The notes: generated by a model from the sequence alone, not told the origin. Positions 9,888-19,746 are shown, counted from the stretch's first letter. The stretch: 64,000 bases of DNA from an uncultured Candidatus Entotheonella sp. (GCA_965217185.1 OZ244252.1:3840001-3904000); one strand, 5' to 3'. Numbers and translations are program-made.

Positions 9888-10322
9888 GTGGCGGACGGAT
9901 TCGTTATGGTCGCCCTATCGACTTGGCCGTTGTTGAACGCCGTCCTGAATGGCACCAGCGCCCTGCTCCTCAGCAGCGGTTTCGTCGCCATCCGTCGCCG
10001 CCGAATAGCGGTCCACAAGGCGTGCATGCTGACCGCCTGCGCGACGTCGGTTCTGTTTCTCGTGTCATACCTGCTGTATCACTATCAGGTCGGCTCCACG
10101 GCTTTTACCGGGCAGGGTACGATTCGGGTCGTGTACTTCACCGTGCTGATCTCGCACACCGTTCTCGCGGTGGTGATTGTGCCGCTGGTCGTCATGACGC
10201 TGTATCGGGCGTGGCGGGAGCAGTGGCCGCGTCATCGGCGGCTGGCGCGTTGGACGTTCCCCCTGTGGCTCTATGTATCCGTAACCGGTGTGGTCATCTA
10301 CATCATGTTGTATCAACTGTAA
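9888..10322 (+). CDS. DUF420 family membrane protein (oxidase assembly, CtaM/YozB-like)
   Basis: LNAVLNG, HKACM, SHTVLA, HRRLARWTFPLWLYVSVTGV. Confidence 0.9.
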   Translation: MADGFVMVALSTWPLLNAVLNGTSALLLSSGFVAIRRRRIAVHKACMLTACATSVLFLVSYLLYHYQVGSTAFTGQGTIRVVYFTVLISHTVLAVVIVPLVVMTLYRAWREQWPRHRRLARWTFPLWLYVSVTGVVIYIMLYQL

Positions 10323-10380
10323 GCGCCTCAAGTTCCCCCGTCCGCGCGCGGGGAAGTCGCATAAAAACCGGAGGGTAGGT

Positions 10381-10722
10381 ATGAGACGCCTTTGGAATCT
10401 CCTCGACGTTTTCTTCTTCGCTATTGTGATCCTGGCCTTGGCGATTTGGCAGTTCAAGCATGGCACCAGCGGCGAAATGGTCGTTTCCGTACTGGCGATT
10501 CTCGGCGGTATCGGCTTGCTGTTTACCGGTCGATGGGGTCTTGTGCTCACCTGCATCGCGCTTCTCTTGGCGATCGGGGTCTATTTTTGGCAGATGTGGT
10601 ACCAGCCGATCATTGAGGAAGACATCAATCTGGTGCTGCCGAACGTCTGGAAGATGCTCGTCGCCATCGTCCTGTTCATCTACATCGGCCGCGAACGTAT
10701 TGACCATCGCATGGCCTCGTAG
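10381..10722 (+). CDS. Hypothetical 4-TM membrane protein
   Basis: ATG 10381 after GGAGG; hydrophobic; co-oriented within the operon. Confidence 0.65.
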   Translation: MRRLWNLLDVFFFAIVILALAIWQFKHGTSGEMVVSVLAILGGIGLLFTGRWGLVLTCIALLLAIGVYFWQMWYQPIIEEDINLVLPNVWKMLVAIVLFIYIGRERIDHRMAS

Positions 10723-10759
10723 GCGGGCCAGTGGTTGAGCGCCGGCAGGTTCCGGCTCG

Positions 10760-11131
10760 GTGGCCGGAATGACGTTGAAGCGGGCGCTGGGACTGCTGGG
10801 CCGCGGCCTGCGGTTGCGCTGCCCGCGCTGCGGCGCCAAGACGCTCTTCCGCAAAGGCTTCGCCATGCACGAGCGCTGCCGCGTCTGTGATTACCGCTTT
10901 GAGCGTGAGCAGGGCTACTACGTCGGGGCGATGTACATCAATTACGGCGTCACGGTGCTCATCATCGTGGCCGGCTACTTCGCCCTGGAATGGTGGACGC
11001 ATATTACCCTGGCCCAGCAACTTGCCCTGTGGTGCGGCGTCGGTATCCTCCTGCCCCTGGTCTTCTTCCGGCAAGCGCGTGGATTGTGGTTGGGATTCGA
11101 CTACATCTTCAATCCCGGCGAGGACGACTGA
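10760..11131 (+). CDS. DUF983-like zinc-ribbon membrane protein
   Basis: RCPRCG...CRVC...EREQGYYVGAMYINY plus two TM helices. Confidence 0.8.
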   Translation: MAGMTLKRALGLLGRGLRLRCPRCGAKTLFRKGFAMHERCRVCDYRFEREQGYYVGAMYINYGVTVLIIVAGYFALEWWTHITLAQQLALWCGVGILLPLVFFRQARGLWLGFDYIFNPGEDD

Positions 11132-11152
11132 TCTGAAAGTACTGGAGCGGCC

Positions 11153-11683
11153 ATGTCCACGGGCGTCTTTGATCTGTTCGTGTCCTTCCGGGTGCTGATC
11201 CTTTTCCTTCACGTGCTGGCCGTGTTGACCTGGGTCGGGGGCCTGATCTACCAAGTCATCGTCGTCGCGCCGGTGGCTGGAAAAGGAATTGCCAGCATCG
11301 CCTCCTTGCGCATAGCCTTGGGCTGTGAGGCGCGCTTCCGTACCGTGATGTGGCCCGCGGTAGGCATTGCACTGTTCACCGGATTGGTGAACGTGATGAA
11401 CGTCTGGAACGGCCTGCGCCAGATTGGCGCCAGCCTTCCGGCTGCTTTCGCGTCGCTGCTGACCATTAAGTTGCTGCTGATCGCGGGCATGGTCGTCTTG
11501 CAGGCCGGCCAGCAGTTCGTGGTGTATCCCAAACGCCTGGATCTGGCGGCTCAGTTGGCGCCGGATGCGGTCGCGCTGCCGGCCGATCTGGTGGTCTGGC
11601 AACGGCGGGCATTCTGGCTGCACGCCGCCACGGTTTGTCTGGCCGTTCCGGCCATTTTGTGCGCCCTTCTGCTGCGCGGCTAG
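11153..11683 (+). CDS. CopD/DUF4149-like 4-TM membrane protein
   Basis: LHVLAVLTWVGG, FTGLVN, IKLLL patterns. Confidence 0.65.
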   Translation: MSTGVFDLFVSFRVLILFLHVLAVLTWVGGLIYQVIVVAPVAGKGIASIASLRIALGCEARFRTVMWPAVGIALFTGLVNVMNVWNGLRQIGASLPAAFASLLTIKLLLIAGMVVLQAGQQFVVYPKRLDLAAQLAPDAVALPADLVVWQRRAFWLHAATVCLAVPAILCALLLRG

Positions 11684-11707
11684 GGCTTGTGGTGGGCGCC
11701 TTTCGGC

Positions 11708-11737
11708 TTGACGCAACCCGCGCGGGTTGCATAAAAT
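11708..11737 (+). promoter_or_regulatory. Sigma70-like promoter with a perfect 18-bp palindrome in the spacer
   Basis: TTGACG (11708-13), 18 nt, TAAAAT (11732-37); GCAACCCGCGCGGGTTGC at 11713-30. Confidence 0.6.
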
Positions 11738-11850
11738 GGCGCCGTTCTTTCAACCATTTACAACGCCAACCGAGTTTGCGTTACATGGGGTAACGCGTGG
11801 CATTTGAGTGACCTGTCAGGGGTACAGGGAGGAAAGGAGAAGTAGGAATC

Positions 11851-12468
11851 ATGCGAGTGTTAGTGGGGCTTATCTGTCTTGGCTTGTTCGTTCTTCCGGC
11901 ATTGGCTGCCGATAAAATTGCCGAGCGGGTTGCCAAAATGGACATTTCAGAAGAACAACTGTTCGCAATCGGTGAGACGCTGTTCAATACCGAGGGCGCC
12001 AACACCTGCCTGAAGTGCCACGGCGCCGGCGGGCACGGCGGCGACCAGGTCGGGGCGGCCGACCTGCGGCATCCGCGCACGTGGCGCTCCTATCAGGCCC
12101 TCGGCGGCGACGAAGTTTTCAATGCCGACAAGGACGCCTTTCTTGCCAAAATGGCCACCGTCATCCACGTCCTCATCCGCGCGGGTGGTCCGACCTGGAA
12201 TCTGCGCTTCGCCAAGTCCCACAAGGATATCGAGATGGATTGGTCGAAGGTGACCATTCCCGACAAGGTCGACAAGTACAACAGCATGATGAAGGGCATC
12301 ACCTCCGGCCCGATGAAAAAGGCCCTGAAGGCCGTGGCCAAGCAGTTCGAGGCGGACAGCGGCACAAAGCTCAAATCCAAGGAGCGGAAGGACGTGGCGG
12401 CCGTGGCGGCATACCTGTACGTTCGCTCGTTCGATGACGGCAGCGACAAGGCCGGGGTGTTCAAATAA
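11851..12468 (+). CDS. Periplasmic monoheme cytochrome c, Lys-rich
   Basis: Signal peptide, CLKCH, candidate Met ligands near the C-terminus. Confidence 0.8.
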   Translation: MRVLVGLICLGLFVLPALAADKIAERVAKMDISEEQLFAIGETLFNTEGANTCLKCHGAGGHGGDQVGAADLRHPRTWRSYQALGGDEVFNADKDAFLAKMATVIHVLIRAGGPTWNLRFAKSHKDIEMDWSKVTIPDKVDKYNSMMKGITSGPMKKALKAVAKQFEADSGTKLKSKERKDVAAVAAYLYVRSFDDGSDKAGVFK

Positions 12469-12530
12469 CGGCTCGTTGAGAAGCGTGTGCGAGGGCTTGG
12501 TTAGTTAGAGCTCAAACCGAAGGAGAGGCG

Positions 12531-14366
12531 ATGTTCAAGAAAATTTACGTGCCTGTTGATAATTCCGAATACGCGAATCACGCCATTGATCTCGCGCTGA
12601 CGCTTGCCAAGCCCTGGAATGCCACCCTCGTGGGCAGCCACGTCTACGCTGCCAAGATGCACGATTACCGCTTCAAGCAAATGGAGTACACGCTGCCGGA
12701 GGAGTACCAGGACGAGACCGAGTTGGAGCGCCAGCGCAAGATTCACGACTCGCTCATCACCCTGGGGCTGCGGTTGATCTCCGATTCCTACCTGGATGTC
12801 CTGAAGGCCCGCTGCGAAGAAGCGTCCCTGCCGTTTGAGGCCAAGACGTTCGACGGCAAGCACCACAAGGTCCTCGTGGACGACATCACCCAGAGCGACT
12901 ACGACCTGGTAGTGATGGGTGCCCTCGGCATTGGCGCCGTCAAGGAAAGCCAGCTCGGCAGCGTATGCGAGCGCGTCGTTCGGCGGGTGCAGCGCGACGT
13001 GCTGGTGGTCAAGAACTTCCAACCCCCTACCGCCGGCGACAAAATCCTCGTTGGCATTGATGGCAGCCCGCAGTCCTTTGGCGGCCTCAAGACGGCCATC
13101 GAGTTGAGCAAGACTTACAACAAGCCCATCGAGGCGATCTCCGTTTACGACCCCTTCCTGCACTATGTTGCGTTCAACGGCATCGTCGACGTGCTGTCGG
13201 AGCAGGCCTCCAAGGTCTTCCGCTTCAAAGAGCAGGAGCAGTTGCACGAGGAGATCATCGACACCGGCTTGGCCAAAATCTACCAGTCGCATCTGGAGGT
13301 GGCCCGCGACATCGCCCGGCAGGAAGGCGTTGACATCGAGTTGACGCTGCTGCCCGGCAAGGTGTTCGAGAAGGTGTTGCGGCATGCCCGCAAGACGCAG
13401 CCGTGGATGTTGATCCTCGGGCGCATCGGCATTCACAGCCAGCGCGACGAAATGGACCTCGGCAGCAACACCGAAAATCTCCTGCGGTTGGCCCCCTGCC
13501 ACGTCCTGCTCTCCAGCAGCGTGTACGTGCCGCCGTTGGATCAGCGGGCCGAGGAAAGCGTGAATTGGACGGACGAAGCCGAGGCCCGCATGGACCGCGT
13601 GCCGCCTCTCGTGAAGGGCATTGCCCGCACGGCCATCCTGCGGTTCGCCATGGAGGGCGGCAATTCGGTGGTCACGTCGGACATCATCGAACAGGCGATG
13701 GTTGCCTTCATGCCGGGATATACCGGCAAGATGATGGGCAAGGCGGCCAAGGTTCTGGCTATCGACAAGGTGCGGCAGGAATCCGCGCTGACCTACATCT
13801 GCTCGTCGTGCGGCTACACCGCCAAGTCGGCGAATCCGACGAAATGCCCGGTCTGCAGCGCTACCGCCGATCAGTTCCAGGTCATTGACCGTGAGGTGGT
13901 GGAGGCGATTGCCGAGGCCGAGGGGACGACCCTGGAAGAGGCCGCCTTCGACGGCAAGAAGCTGAAATGGTCGGCGGAAGCGCGTCGCGCCCTGCGCGAA
14001 GTGCCGGACGCCTATCTCAGGCGGCGTGCCAAGGCGCGCATCGAAAAGGCGGCCCGCATGCAGAAGCTGCCGACCATTACCCGCGACTTGGCCCTGCCGA
14101 TGATTGACGAGACGGTCGGCAGCGATCGCTTGGACGCCAACGGCGCCGCCGAACCGGGTGCGGGTGCGCCTGCGCAGGCTGACGGCAACGGACACCGGCC
14201 CGTGCCGCGTCCCTCGGAGCCGCTGCGTACCCAGCCGGGTGTTTCCGATAATCCCACGCTCAATTGGACCGATGACGACGGCAACCTGAACGAGGTTGGT
14301 GCCGGCCGTGTCATGGTCACCTCCATGCCCGCGCACGGCGAGGCGGATGCGGACGAGCAGGGCTGA
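12531..14366 (+). CDS. Tandem universal stress protein fused to PCP_red, rubredoxin-like and second PCP_red domains
   Basis: KIYVPVDNS...GSVCERVVR; ILVGIDGS...GSNTENLL; WTDEAEARMDRVP; CSSC...CPVC; WSAEARRALREVP. Confidence 0.85.
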   Translation: MFKKIYVPVDNSEYANHAIDLALTLAKPWNATLVGSHVYAAKMHDYRFKQMEYTLPEEYQDETELERQRKIHDSLITLGLRLISDSYLDVLKARCEEASLPFEAKTFDGKHHKVLVDDITQSDYDLVVMGALGIGAVKESQLGSVCERVVRRVQRDVLVVKNFQPPTAGDKILVGIDGSPQSFGGLKTAIELSKTYNKPIEAISVYDPFLHYVAFNGIVDVLSEQASKVFRFKEQEQLHEEIIDTGLAKIYQSHLEVARDIARQEGVDIELTLLPGKVFEKVLRHARKTQPWMLILGRIGIHSQRDEMDLGSNTENLLRLAPCHVLLSSSVYVPPLDQRAEESVNWTDEAEARMDRVPPLVKGIARTAILRFAMEGGNSVVTSDIIEQAMVAFMPGYTGKMMGKAAKVLAIDKVRQESALTYICSSCGYTAKSANPTKCPVCSATADQFQVIDREVVEAIAEAEGTTLEEAAFDGKKLKWSAEARRALREVPDAYLRRRAKARIEKAARMQKLPTITRDLALPMIDETVGSDRLDANGAAEPGAGAPAQADGNGHRPVPRPSEPLRTQPGVSDNPTLNWTDDDGNLNEVGAGRVMVTSMPAHGEADADEQG

Positions 14367-14387
14367 GCGTAGTTTTTATTGTCGTAT

Positions 14388-14442
14388 CCCCGGATCAAGT
14401 CCGGGGCAAGCTCTGCGAGGGGCGCGGCAAGCCGTGCCCCTC
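14388..14442. repeat. Two adjacent REP-like palindromes
   Basis: CCCCGGATCAAGTCCGGGG (14388-406) and GAGGGGCGCGGCAAGCCGTGCCCCTC (14417-42), intergenic. Confidence 0.6.
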
Positions 14443-14462
14443 GTTTTTCGTTTGGGGGTCCA

Positions 14463-15359
14463 ATGCCAAAACGCTACCGAGATATCGCCGGGGATGGCGG
14501 CTCGAACATCGCCGCGCAGGTGTCGGCGCAGGCCGAGCGACTCAAGGCCCGAATGGCCGGCGTGCGGCACGTCATCGCGGTGATGAGCGGCAAGGGCGGC
14601 GTGGGCAAGAGCGCCATCACCACCAACTTGGCGGCGTACTTCGCCAGGGAAGGCTGGCGCGTCGGAGTGGTTGACGCCGACATCAACGGACCCTCGATCG
14701 CCAAGATGCTCGGTGTGCGCGGCCATTCGCTCAACCTCGACGCCGGCGGCGTTTTCCCGGCCCTGGGCCCTCTCGATATCCGCGTGATATCCATGGACCT
14801 CTTCCTCAAGGAGGACCACACCCCCGTTGTGTGGGACGGCCCGCAAGCCGAAACCTTCGTCTGGCGGGGCACCATGGAAATGCACACCCTGCGCGAGTTT
14901 CTCACCGACGTGCATTGGGGCGAGCTGGACATTCTGCTCCTCGACCTGCCGCCGGGCACCGACCGCCTGGCTACCCTCAACGACCTTTTGCCCGATCTGC
15001 ACGGCAGCGTCGTCGTGACCATTCCGTCGGCGGTGTCCCAGTTGATCGTCTCGAAGTCGATCACCATGGCGCGCGATCTCCTGCGCACGCCCATCATCGG
15101 CCTGGTGGAAAACATGACGTCCTACGTCTGCCCCACCTGCGGCACCATGCACCCGCTGTTTGCCCCGGCCCCGCAGGCCGAGACGCTCGCCGGCGTGCCG
15201 CTGCTGGGCCGCGTGCCCTTCGACCCCCGCATGGCGCTGGCCGGCGACAAGGGGGTGCCGTTCATCCTCGAAGACGCCACGTCCCCGGCCGCCCAAGCCC
15301 TCGCGCAGGTGGGGGAGGGCGTCCTGAACTTTGTCAACTCCGGGAGTCCCGTATCATGA
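14463..15359 (+). CDS. mrp: Mrp/ApbC/NBP35 Fe-S carrier ATPase
   Basis: SGKGGVGKS, DADINGPS, DLPPGT, ENM...CPTC. Confidence 0.9.
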   Translation: MPKRYRDIAGDGGSNIAAQVSAQAERLKARMAGVRHVIAVMSGKGGVGKSAITTNLAAYFAREGWRVGVVDADINGPSIAKMLGVRGHSLNLDAGGVFPALGPLDIRVISMDLFLKEDHTPVVWDGPQAETFVWRGTMEMHTLREFLTDVHWGELDILLLDLPPGTDRLATLNDLLPDLHGSVVVTIPSAVSQLIVSKSITMARDLLRTPIIGLVENMTSYVCPTCGTMHPLFAPAPQAETLAGVPLLGRVPFDPRMALAGDKGVPFILEDATSPAAQALAQVGEGVLNFVNSGSPVS

Positions 15360-15853
15360 AATTTGTCTGTATCGAGTGCGATGAGCCGATGAAGTTTGCC
15401 AAGAACGACGGCCTTGACGACGATGGCTCGCTGTCCGTGAACTTCATTTGTCCTAGTTGCGAGTGGGGCGTGACGCTCCTGACAAACCCGCAGGAAACGC
15501 AGATGGTGCGCTCGCTGGGTGTGAAGATCGGCGGCAGCGCCGTGCCGCCCAAGCCGATGGAGATGCTGCAAACGCATCTGGCCGGTCAGCGCTCCGCCCA
15601 GGAAGTGGCCGTACAGGAGCCCGCCAGCGGCTCGGCCTGCCCGTTTTCCGCCCTGGTGCAGGACGTTTATCAAGAGACTGAGGCGCCGGCCGCTCTGCTG
15701 TGGTCCGCAGAGGCGACCGAACGCCTGCAACGTGTGCCGGAATTCATTCGGCCCATGGCGCGGAAGGGAATCGAAACGTATGCCCGTGAGCAGGGCGTCA
15801 CCGAGATCACCCCGAATGTGATGGAAGCGGCCCGGGAACACATGGGCATGTAA
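15356..15853 (+). CDS. CxxC...CxxC metal-binding protein with C-terminal PCP_red domain
   Basis: MKFVCIEC...CPSC...CPF...WSAEATERLQRVPEFIRPMAR; ATGA coupling with mrp. Confidence 0.8.
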   Translation: MKFVCIECDEPMKFAKNDGLDDDGSLSVNFICPSCEWGVTLLTNPQETQMVRSLGVKIGGSAVPPKPMEMLQTHLAGQRSAQEVAVQEPASGSACPFSALVQDVYQETEAPAALLWSAEATERLQRVPEFIRPMARKGIETYAREQGVTEITPNVMEAAREHMGM

Positions 15854-15867
15854 AGGGGGAATTGGCG

Positions 15868-16323
15868 TTATTCCTTGTGCATGTATCCCAGCAGGCGGCG
15901 CATTGAGCGGTGGTATTCCTGTATGCTGCAACGGCTGCAAACTTGGTCTTTCTTCTCGATGCCCTTGTCGTTGGCGCGTGTCATATAGAGCCAATTGAAA
16001 TAGCCCTCGTCCACGTGGTAGAGCCGGTAGACCACGTCCACCCCCAGTATCTCCCGCACCTGCACCAGACAGTCGTCCTCGTTGCAGTTCGCCGCCAGCG
16101 CTTGAGCCTCGGCCTGCTGCACCTGCTCCTGCGGCAACAGGGTGTAGTATTTCGATAACGCCGCCCACAGACCGTCCGTCACGGCCTTCTTTTCCTCCGA
16201 GCCCACGCCCTTCATCAGAGTGGTCATCACCGCCGCGTTCGTCTTCTCCTCCGCCTGCGCAAAAGGCCCCGCCAGACTCGTCATCAGTACCATGCCACAG
16301 GCCAGTCCCAGCTTCCATCCCAT
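15868..16323 (-). CDS. Hypothetical secreted protein
   Basis: SD AAGGAG; signal peptide ending AQA; CNEDDC and CSRC. Confidence 0.65.
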   Translation of the reverse strand: MGWKLGLACGMVLMTSLAGPFAQAEEKTNAAVMTTLMKGVGSEEKKAVTDGLWAALSKYYTLLPQEQVQQAEAQALAANCNEDDCLVQVREILGVDVVYRLYHVDEGYFNWLYMTRANDKGIEKKDQVCSRCSIQEYHRSMRRLLGYMHKE

Positions 16324-16364
16324 TCGTTGTTTCTCCTTATTCAGTCAAAAACGGTTGCATTTAA

Positions 16365-16402
16365 TCCCCTTCCCCCCTCCGCGGGGAGGGTTAGGGAGAG
16401 GA
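16365..16402. repeat. C-rich/G-rich palindromic repeat
   Basis: CCCCTTCCCCCCTCCGCGGGGAGGGTTAGGGAGAGG, near-identical to the copy at 31261. Confidence 0.7.
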
Positions 16403-16536
16403 GGCACTTTGGAGATTCCAATCGTGGTGTCATTTGGCGACGCCGCCAGAAACGCGAAAGGTCAGGGGCGAACCCCGACCGCACCAAGTATTCCCACCGG
16501 GCAAGAGCTTGTCAACCGGCTGAACCGCCCCGGCCG

Positions 16537-18954
16537 TCACGCCTCGTCGTGCATCCGCCAGAACGCCGCAATGTCTTGCTGAAAATCGCTCGTGACCAAC
16601 TCGCGGGGCGTTTTGGCGTACCAATGGGACGGGAACAACGACGCGTAGTTGCTGTGGGAAAACCGTTTGTCCACCAGCACGACAATGCCGACGTCCGTTT
16701 CCGAGCGAATCACCCGGCCCGCTGACTGCACCACGCGGTTCATGCCGGGGTAGAGATAGGCGTAGGCAAAGCCCTGCGTGTACTTCTCCTCGTAGTAGGC
16801 GCGAATGAGCTCCTGTTCGCCGTCGACGCGCGGTAGGCCGGGACCCACCACGATGACGCCCGACAGCATGTCGCCCGGATAATCGACGCCCTCCGCGAAA
16901 ATCCCGCCCTGCACGCCCATCAGCAGGACCGGCTCGGCGTTGGGCTGCCGCAGCCGCTGCAACACCCGCTCGCGGTCCGCCTCCGGCATCGTTCGCGCCT
17001 GCTCGATCACCCGGTGGGCCGGCACCTGCCGCATGAAGGCGCGCACCATGCGCAGGTACGCGAAGCTGGGAAAGAACACGCCGTAGTTGCCGGGTCGCTG
17101 GGCCACGACGGTCTCGATGATGTGCGCCGCCCGCGGCGCGTCCCGCTGCCGCTCCCGGTACGTGGTGGCGACGTTCGGCACAACCAGAATCCGCCGGTTG
17201 CGTTCGGGAAACGGCGACGGAAATTCCGCCGTCGTGCTGCGCGCGGGCGGCATGCCCAGCACGTCCTGGTAAAACGGGAACGGCGTCAGGGTGGCCGACA
17301 TGGCAACGACGCTGTGAAACCCCTGCAGCCGTTCGTGCAGGAAGCGGGATGCGTCCTTGCACAGGATTTTGAACGCCGCGCCCTCAGAGTGGTGCTGGTA
17401 AAGGTAGGAAAACTCGTCGCCCTCCAGGGCCAGGACGTCGCAGAAGCGCTGGAACAGGTAGTAGAACTCCTGCACCGGGTCGCCGTCCTCAGCGGTCGGC
17501 CCGGCCCGGCGGCGGTAGATGGCGTAATCGACCATCAGCCCTTCGAGGTGTCGCCGCAACTCGGCGAAGCGTTCCACAGGCGGCTCGACCCGGAGCAGCG
17601 TTGCCCCTTCGGCGGCGTCCTCGGAACTGAGCGGCAGCAGCGTGATCAGGTTGTCCAGGTCCTGGAGGAACGCCTCGAAGTCGCGGAACAGGCGCGTCGG
17701 CTGGCTGGCGCAGTGGGTCAGCAGGTGACGCAGGGCCTGTTGGCGCAGCACCGGGGAGTAATAGTCGCGGCCGCGGCTGTACAGGTTGTGGGCTTCGTCG
17801 ATGATGAGAACGCAGTCGTCGTACGGTGCGTCCTGAAAGAACCGCCTCAGGTGGGCGCCGGGGTCGAAGACGTAGTTGTAGTCGCCGATGACGACGTCCG
17901 CCTCCACGGCGGCGTCCAGGGATAGCTCAAAGGGGCAGACGCGATGCCGGAAAGCCGCGTCTGCGCACGCCGCCGGGCCGATCAACGTCAGTTCGAGAAG
18001 CGAGTCCACGACCCCGGAGCGTTCCAGCTTGCCGGCGTAATCGTGGGCAAACTCGCACACGCTCTCGTGGCAATAAAACACCTCGTTGACACAGCTCTTG
18101 GCCTTGGCCCGCAGGTGTACGGCGGTGAACGCGGCGCCGTCGACGGCGAACCGCTGCAGGGTGTCGGCGGCGAGGGTTTGCTGGGTGGTCTTGGCGGTGA
18201 CGAAAAACACCCGCAGGCCGTCGCGCAGGGCGTGCTGCAAGGCCGGATAGAGGGCTGCCACGGTTTTGCCGACACCCGTGGGCGCCGCGATGAGCGTGCA
18301 TTCGTGGTCGCGGATGGTCTTGTCCACGTGCTCGATCATCGCCGCCTGGTGCGGGCGCGCCGTGTCGAACGGAAACCGCAGCGCTTCCGGGTTGCGCCTG
18401 GCCGCCCGTGCGACGCGGGCCTCGTAGCGCGCCAGAATGCGCCGCACGGGCTCGACGATCAGCGTTTCGTCGTTTCCGGCTTCCACAGCCAGCACGGTAC
18501 AGGCGTTGTCGGTCAGGTTGATCAGCACCAGGTGGCCGTGCACCGGCCTGTCGTGCTGCCGTTGCAGCAGCGAAATATACAGGGCGAGTTGGCGCTCATA
18601 GGTGGGATAGTGCCCCAGGGCGATGGCGTCGAACTGTTCTTGCGGCACCAGCAGGCTTTTGATTTCCTCCACCACCAAGGCGTCGTCGGCCTCGTAAAGC
18701 CCGTCGAGGCGTCCGTGCACGTGCACCGTGTAGTCGTCCACCTGAAGTTGCTGCCGGAGGGTGACTTCGGCCTGATAGGCGGGCAGGCGGGATTGCTGCG
18801 CCGCCTGGTAGCGGGCATGCAGGTCTCGGCCCATCGCCGCCCGGCTGCGCAGCCGCGGCACGAGCTGCACGCTGCCGGGGAAGATCATCCCCGCGAGCAG
18901 ATCGCCGATGCTCAGCCACAGGGTGCGGGATGGGTGGTCAAATCGAATCGCCAT
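16537..18954 (-). CDS. XPD/DinG-family Fe-S helicase with N-terminal PD-(D/E)xK nuclease-like domain
   Basis: GRLDG...VEEIKS; APTGVGKT; Cys cluster; DEAHN; QSAGRVIRS. Confidence 0.88.
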   Translation of the reverse strand: MAIRFDHPSRTLWLSIGDLLAGMIFPGSVQLVPRLRSRAAMGRDLHARYQAAQQSRLPAYQAEVTLRQQLQVDDYTVHVHGRLDGLYEADDALVVEEIKSLLVPQEQFDAIALGHYPTYERQLALYISLLQRQHDRPVHGHLVLINLTDNACTVLAVEAGNDETLIVEPVRRILARYEARVARAARRNPEALRFPFDTARPHQAAMIEHVDKTIRDHECTLIAAPTGVGKTVAALYPALQHALRDGLRVFFVTAKTTQQTLAADTLQRFAVDGAAFTAVHLRAKAKSCVNEVFYCHESVCEFAHDYAGKLERSGVVDSLLELTLIGPAACADAAFRHRVCPFELSLDAAVEADVVIGDYNYVFDPGAHLRRFFQDAPYDDCVLIIDEAHNLYSRGRDYYSPVLRQQALRHLLTHCASQPTRLFRDFEAFLQDLDNLITLLPLSSEDAAEGATLLRVEPPVERFAELRRHLEGLMVDYAIYRRRAGPTAEDGDPVQEFYYLFQRFCDVLALEGDEFSYLYQHHSEGAAFKILCKDASRFLHERLQGFHSVVAMSATLTPFPFYQDVLGMPPARSTTAEFPSPFPERNRRILVVPNVATTYRERQRDAPRAAHIIETVVAQRPGNYGVFFPSFAYLRMVRAFMRQVPAHRVIEQARTMPEADRERVLQRLRQPNAEPVLLMGVQGGIFAEGVDYPGDMLSGVIVVGPGLPRVDGEQELIRAYYEEKYTQGFAYAYLYPGMNRVVQSAGRVIRSETDVGIVVLVDKRFSHSNYASLFPSHWYAKTPRELVTSDFQQDIAAFWRMHDEA

Positions 18955-19054
18955 GCGGTGGATTATAAGGTATGTGGGGGGAGCGGGAGAGGGCAGACAA
19001 AAGACGGAGATTCGCTCGATTCGCCCCAACGTCCGAGCAGTCCAGCCCCCGACG

Positions 19055-19746
19055 TCAGGCCCAAATGTCTTTCTTTGATTCCCAACGCTTCCTCACCGTG
19101 TTGAATTGATCAATTCGGTCGTGGATTTTGTCGATTTCTCTTGGATAGAATTCGCTCATCACCTCACATAGCTGCAATATCCACTTCTTCCGTGAGTAGC
19201 GATCTATCACACGGATGTCATTGGAATTCGCTATTTGGATCTGGTCCCAGCCCAGCGCACCTATGGTCAGGCATTCCCAGTCCAAAAACTCGATTGGCAA
19301 GAACAGGGCTTCCGAAACGGTGATGGCCGTGCCTTCAACTGAATACTTGATCATCATAATCGAAAAGACGTTGTTGTCAGACTCATAGAATCGAGTGAGC
19401 CGCTCTACCGACGTCAGGCTAGGCATATTGAATCGAGTGTCTTCTCCCTGTGCGTCTTAACGTCGATTACGGAGTAAATGCCCTCCTTGTCGGTAAATGC
19501 CATATCGGCCATGGCGCGGCGCGCAAAATCGCTCGAATATTCCCTGCACCAGTCCCCAAGAAAAACGCTGAACTTCTCGGCCACGAGTGACTCGAGCGCG
19601 TCACCGACAGCTCGTGGGCTGTCAGCGGTCTGTGGAGAAAGGAAGTCCTGTGAGGCATTGATGTACGCTCTGATATTCGAAGCGACCTCTTGATAATGGC
19701 CTTCGTAGTAAAAACTTGACCTCACGTGAACAGCGTCTGCTGACAT
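19055..19746 (-). pseudogene. Putative type II restriction endonuclease, frameshifted near 19445
   Basis: ORF 19414..19746 (AMAD...IDVKTH) joins ORF 19055..19426 if 2 nt are removed from CACAGGGAGAAGAC, giving HREDTRFNMPSL; overlaps the MTase 3' end. Confidence 0.65.

Noticed and set aside
16537..18954. Cas4/CasDinG interpretation of the nuclease-helicase
   Set aside because: No array or other cas genes nearby; stand-alone fusions of this type are the simpler reading.
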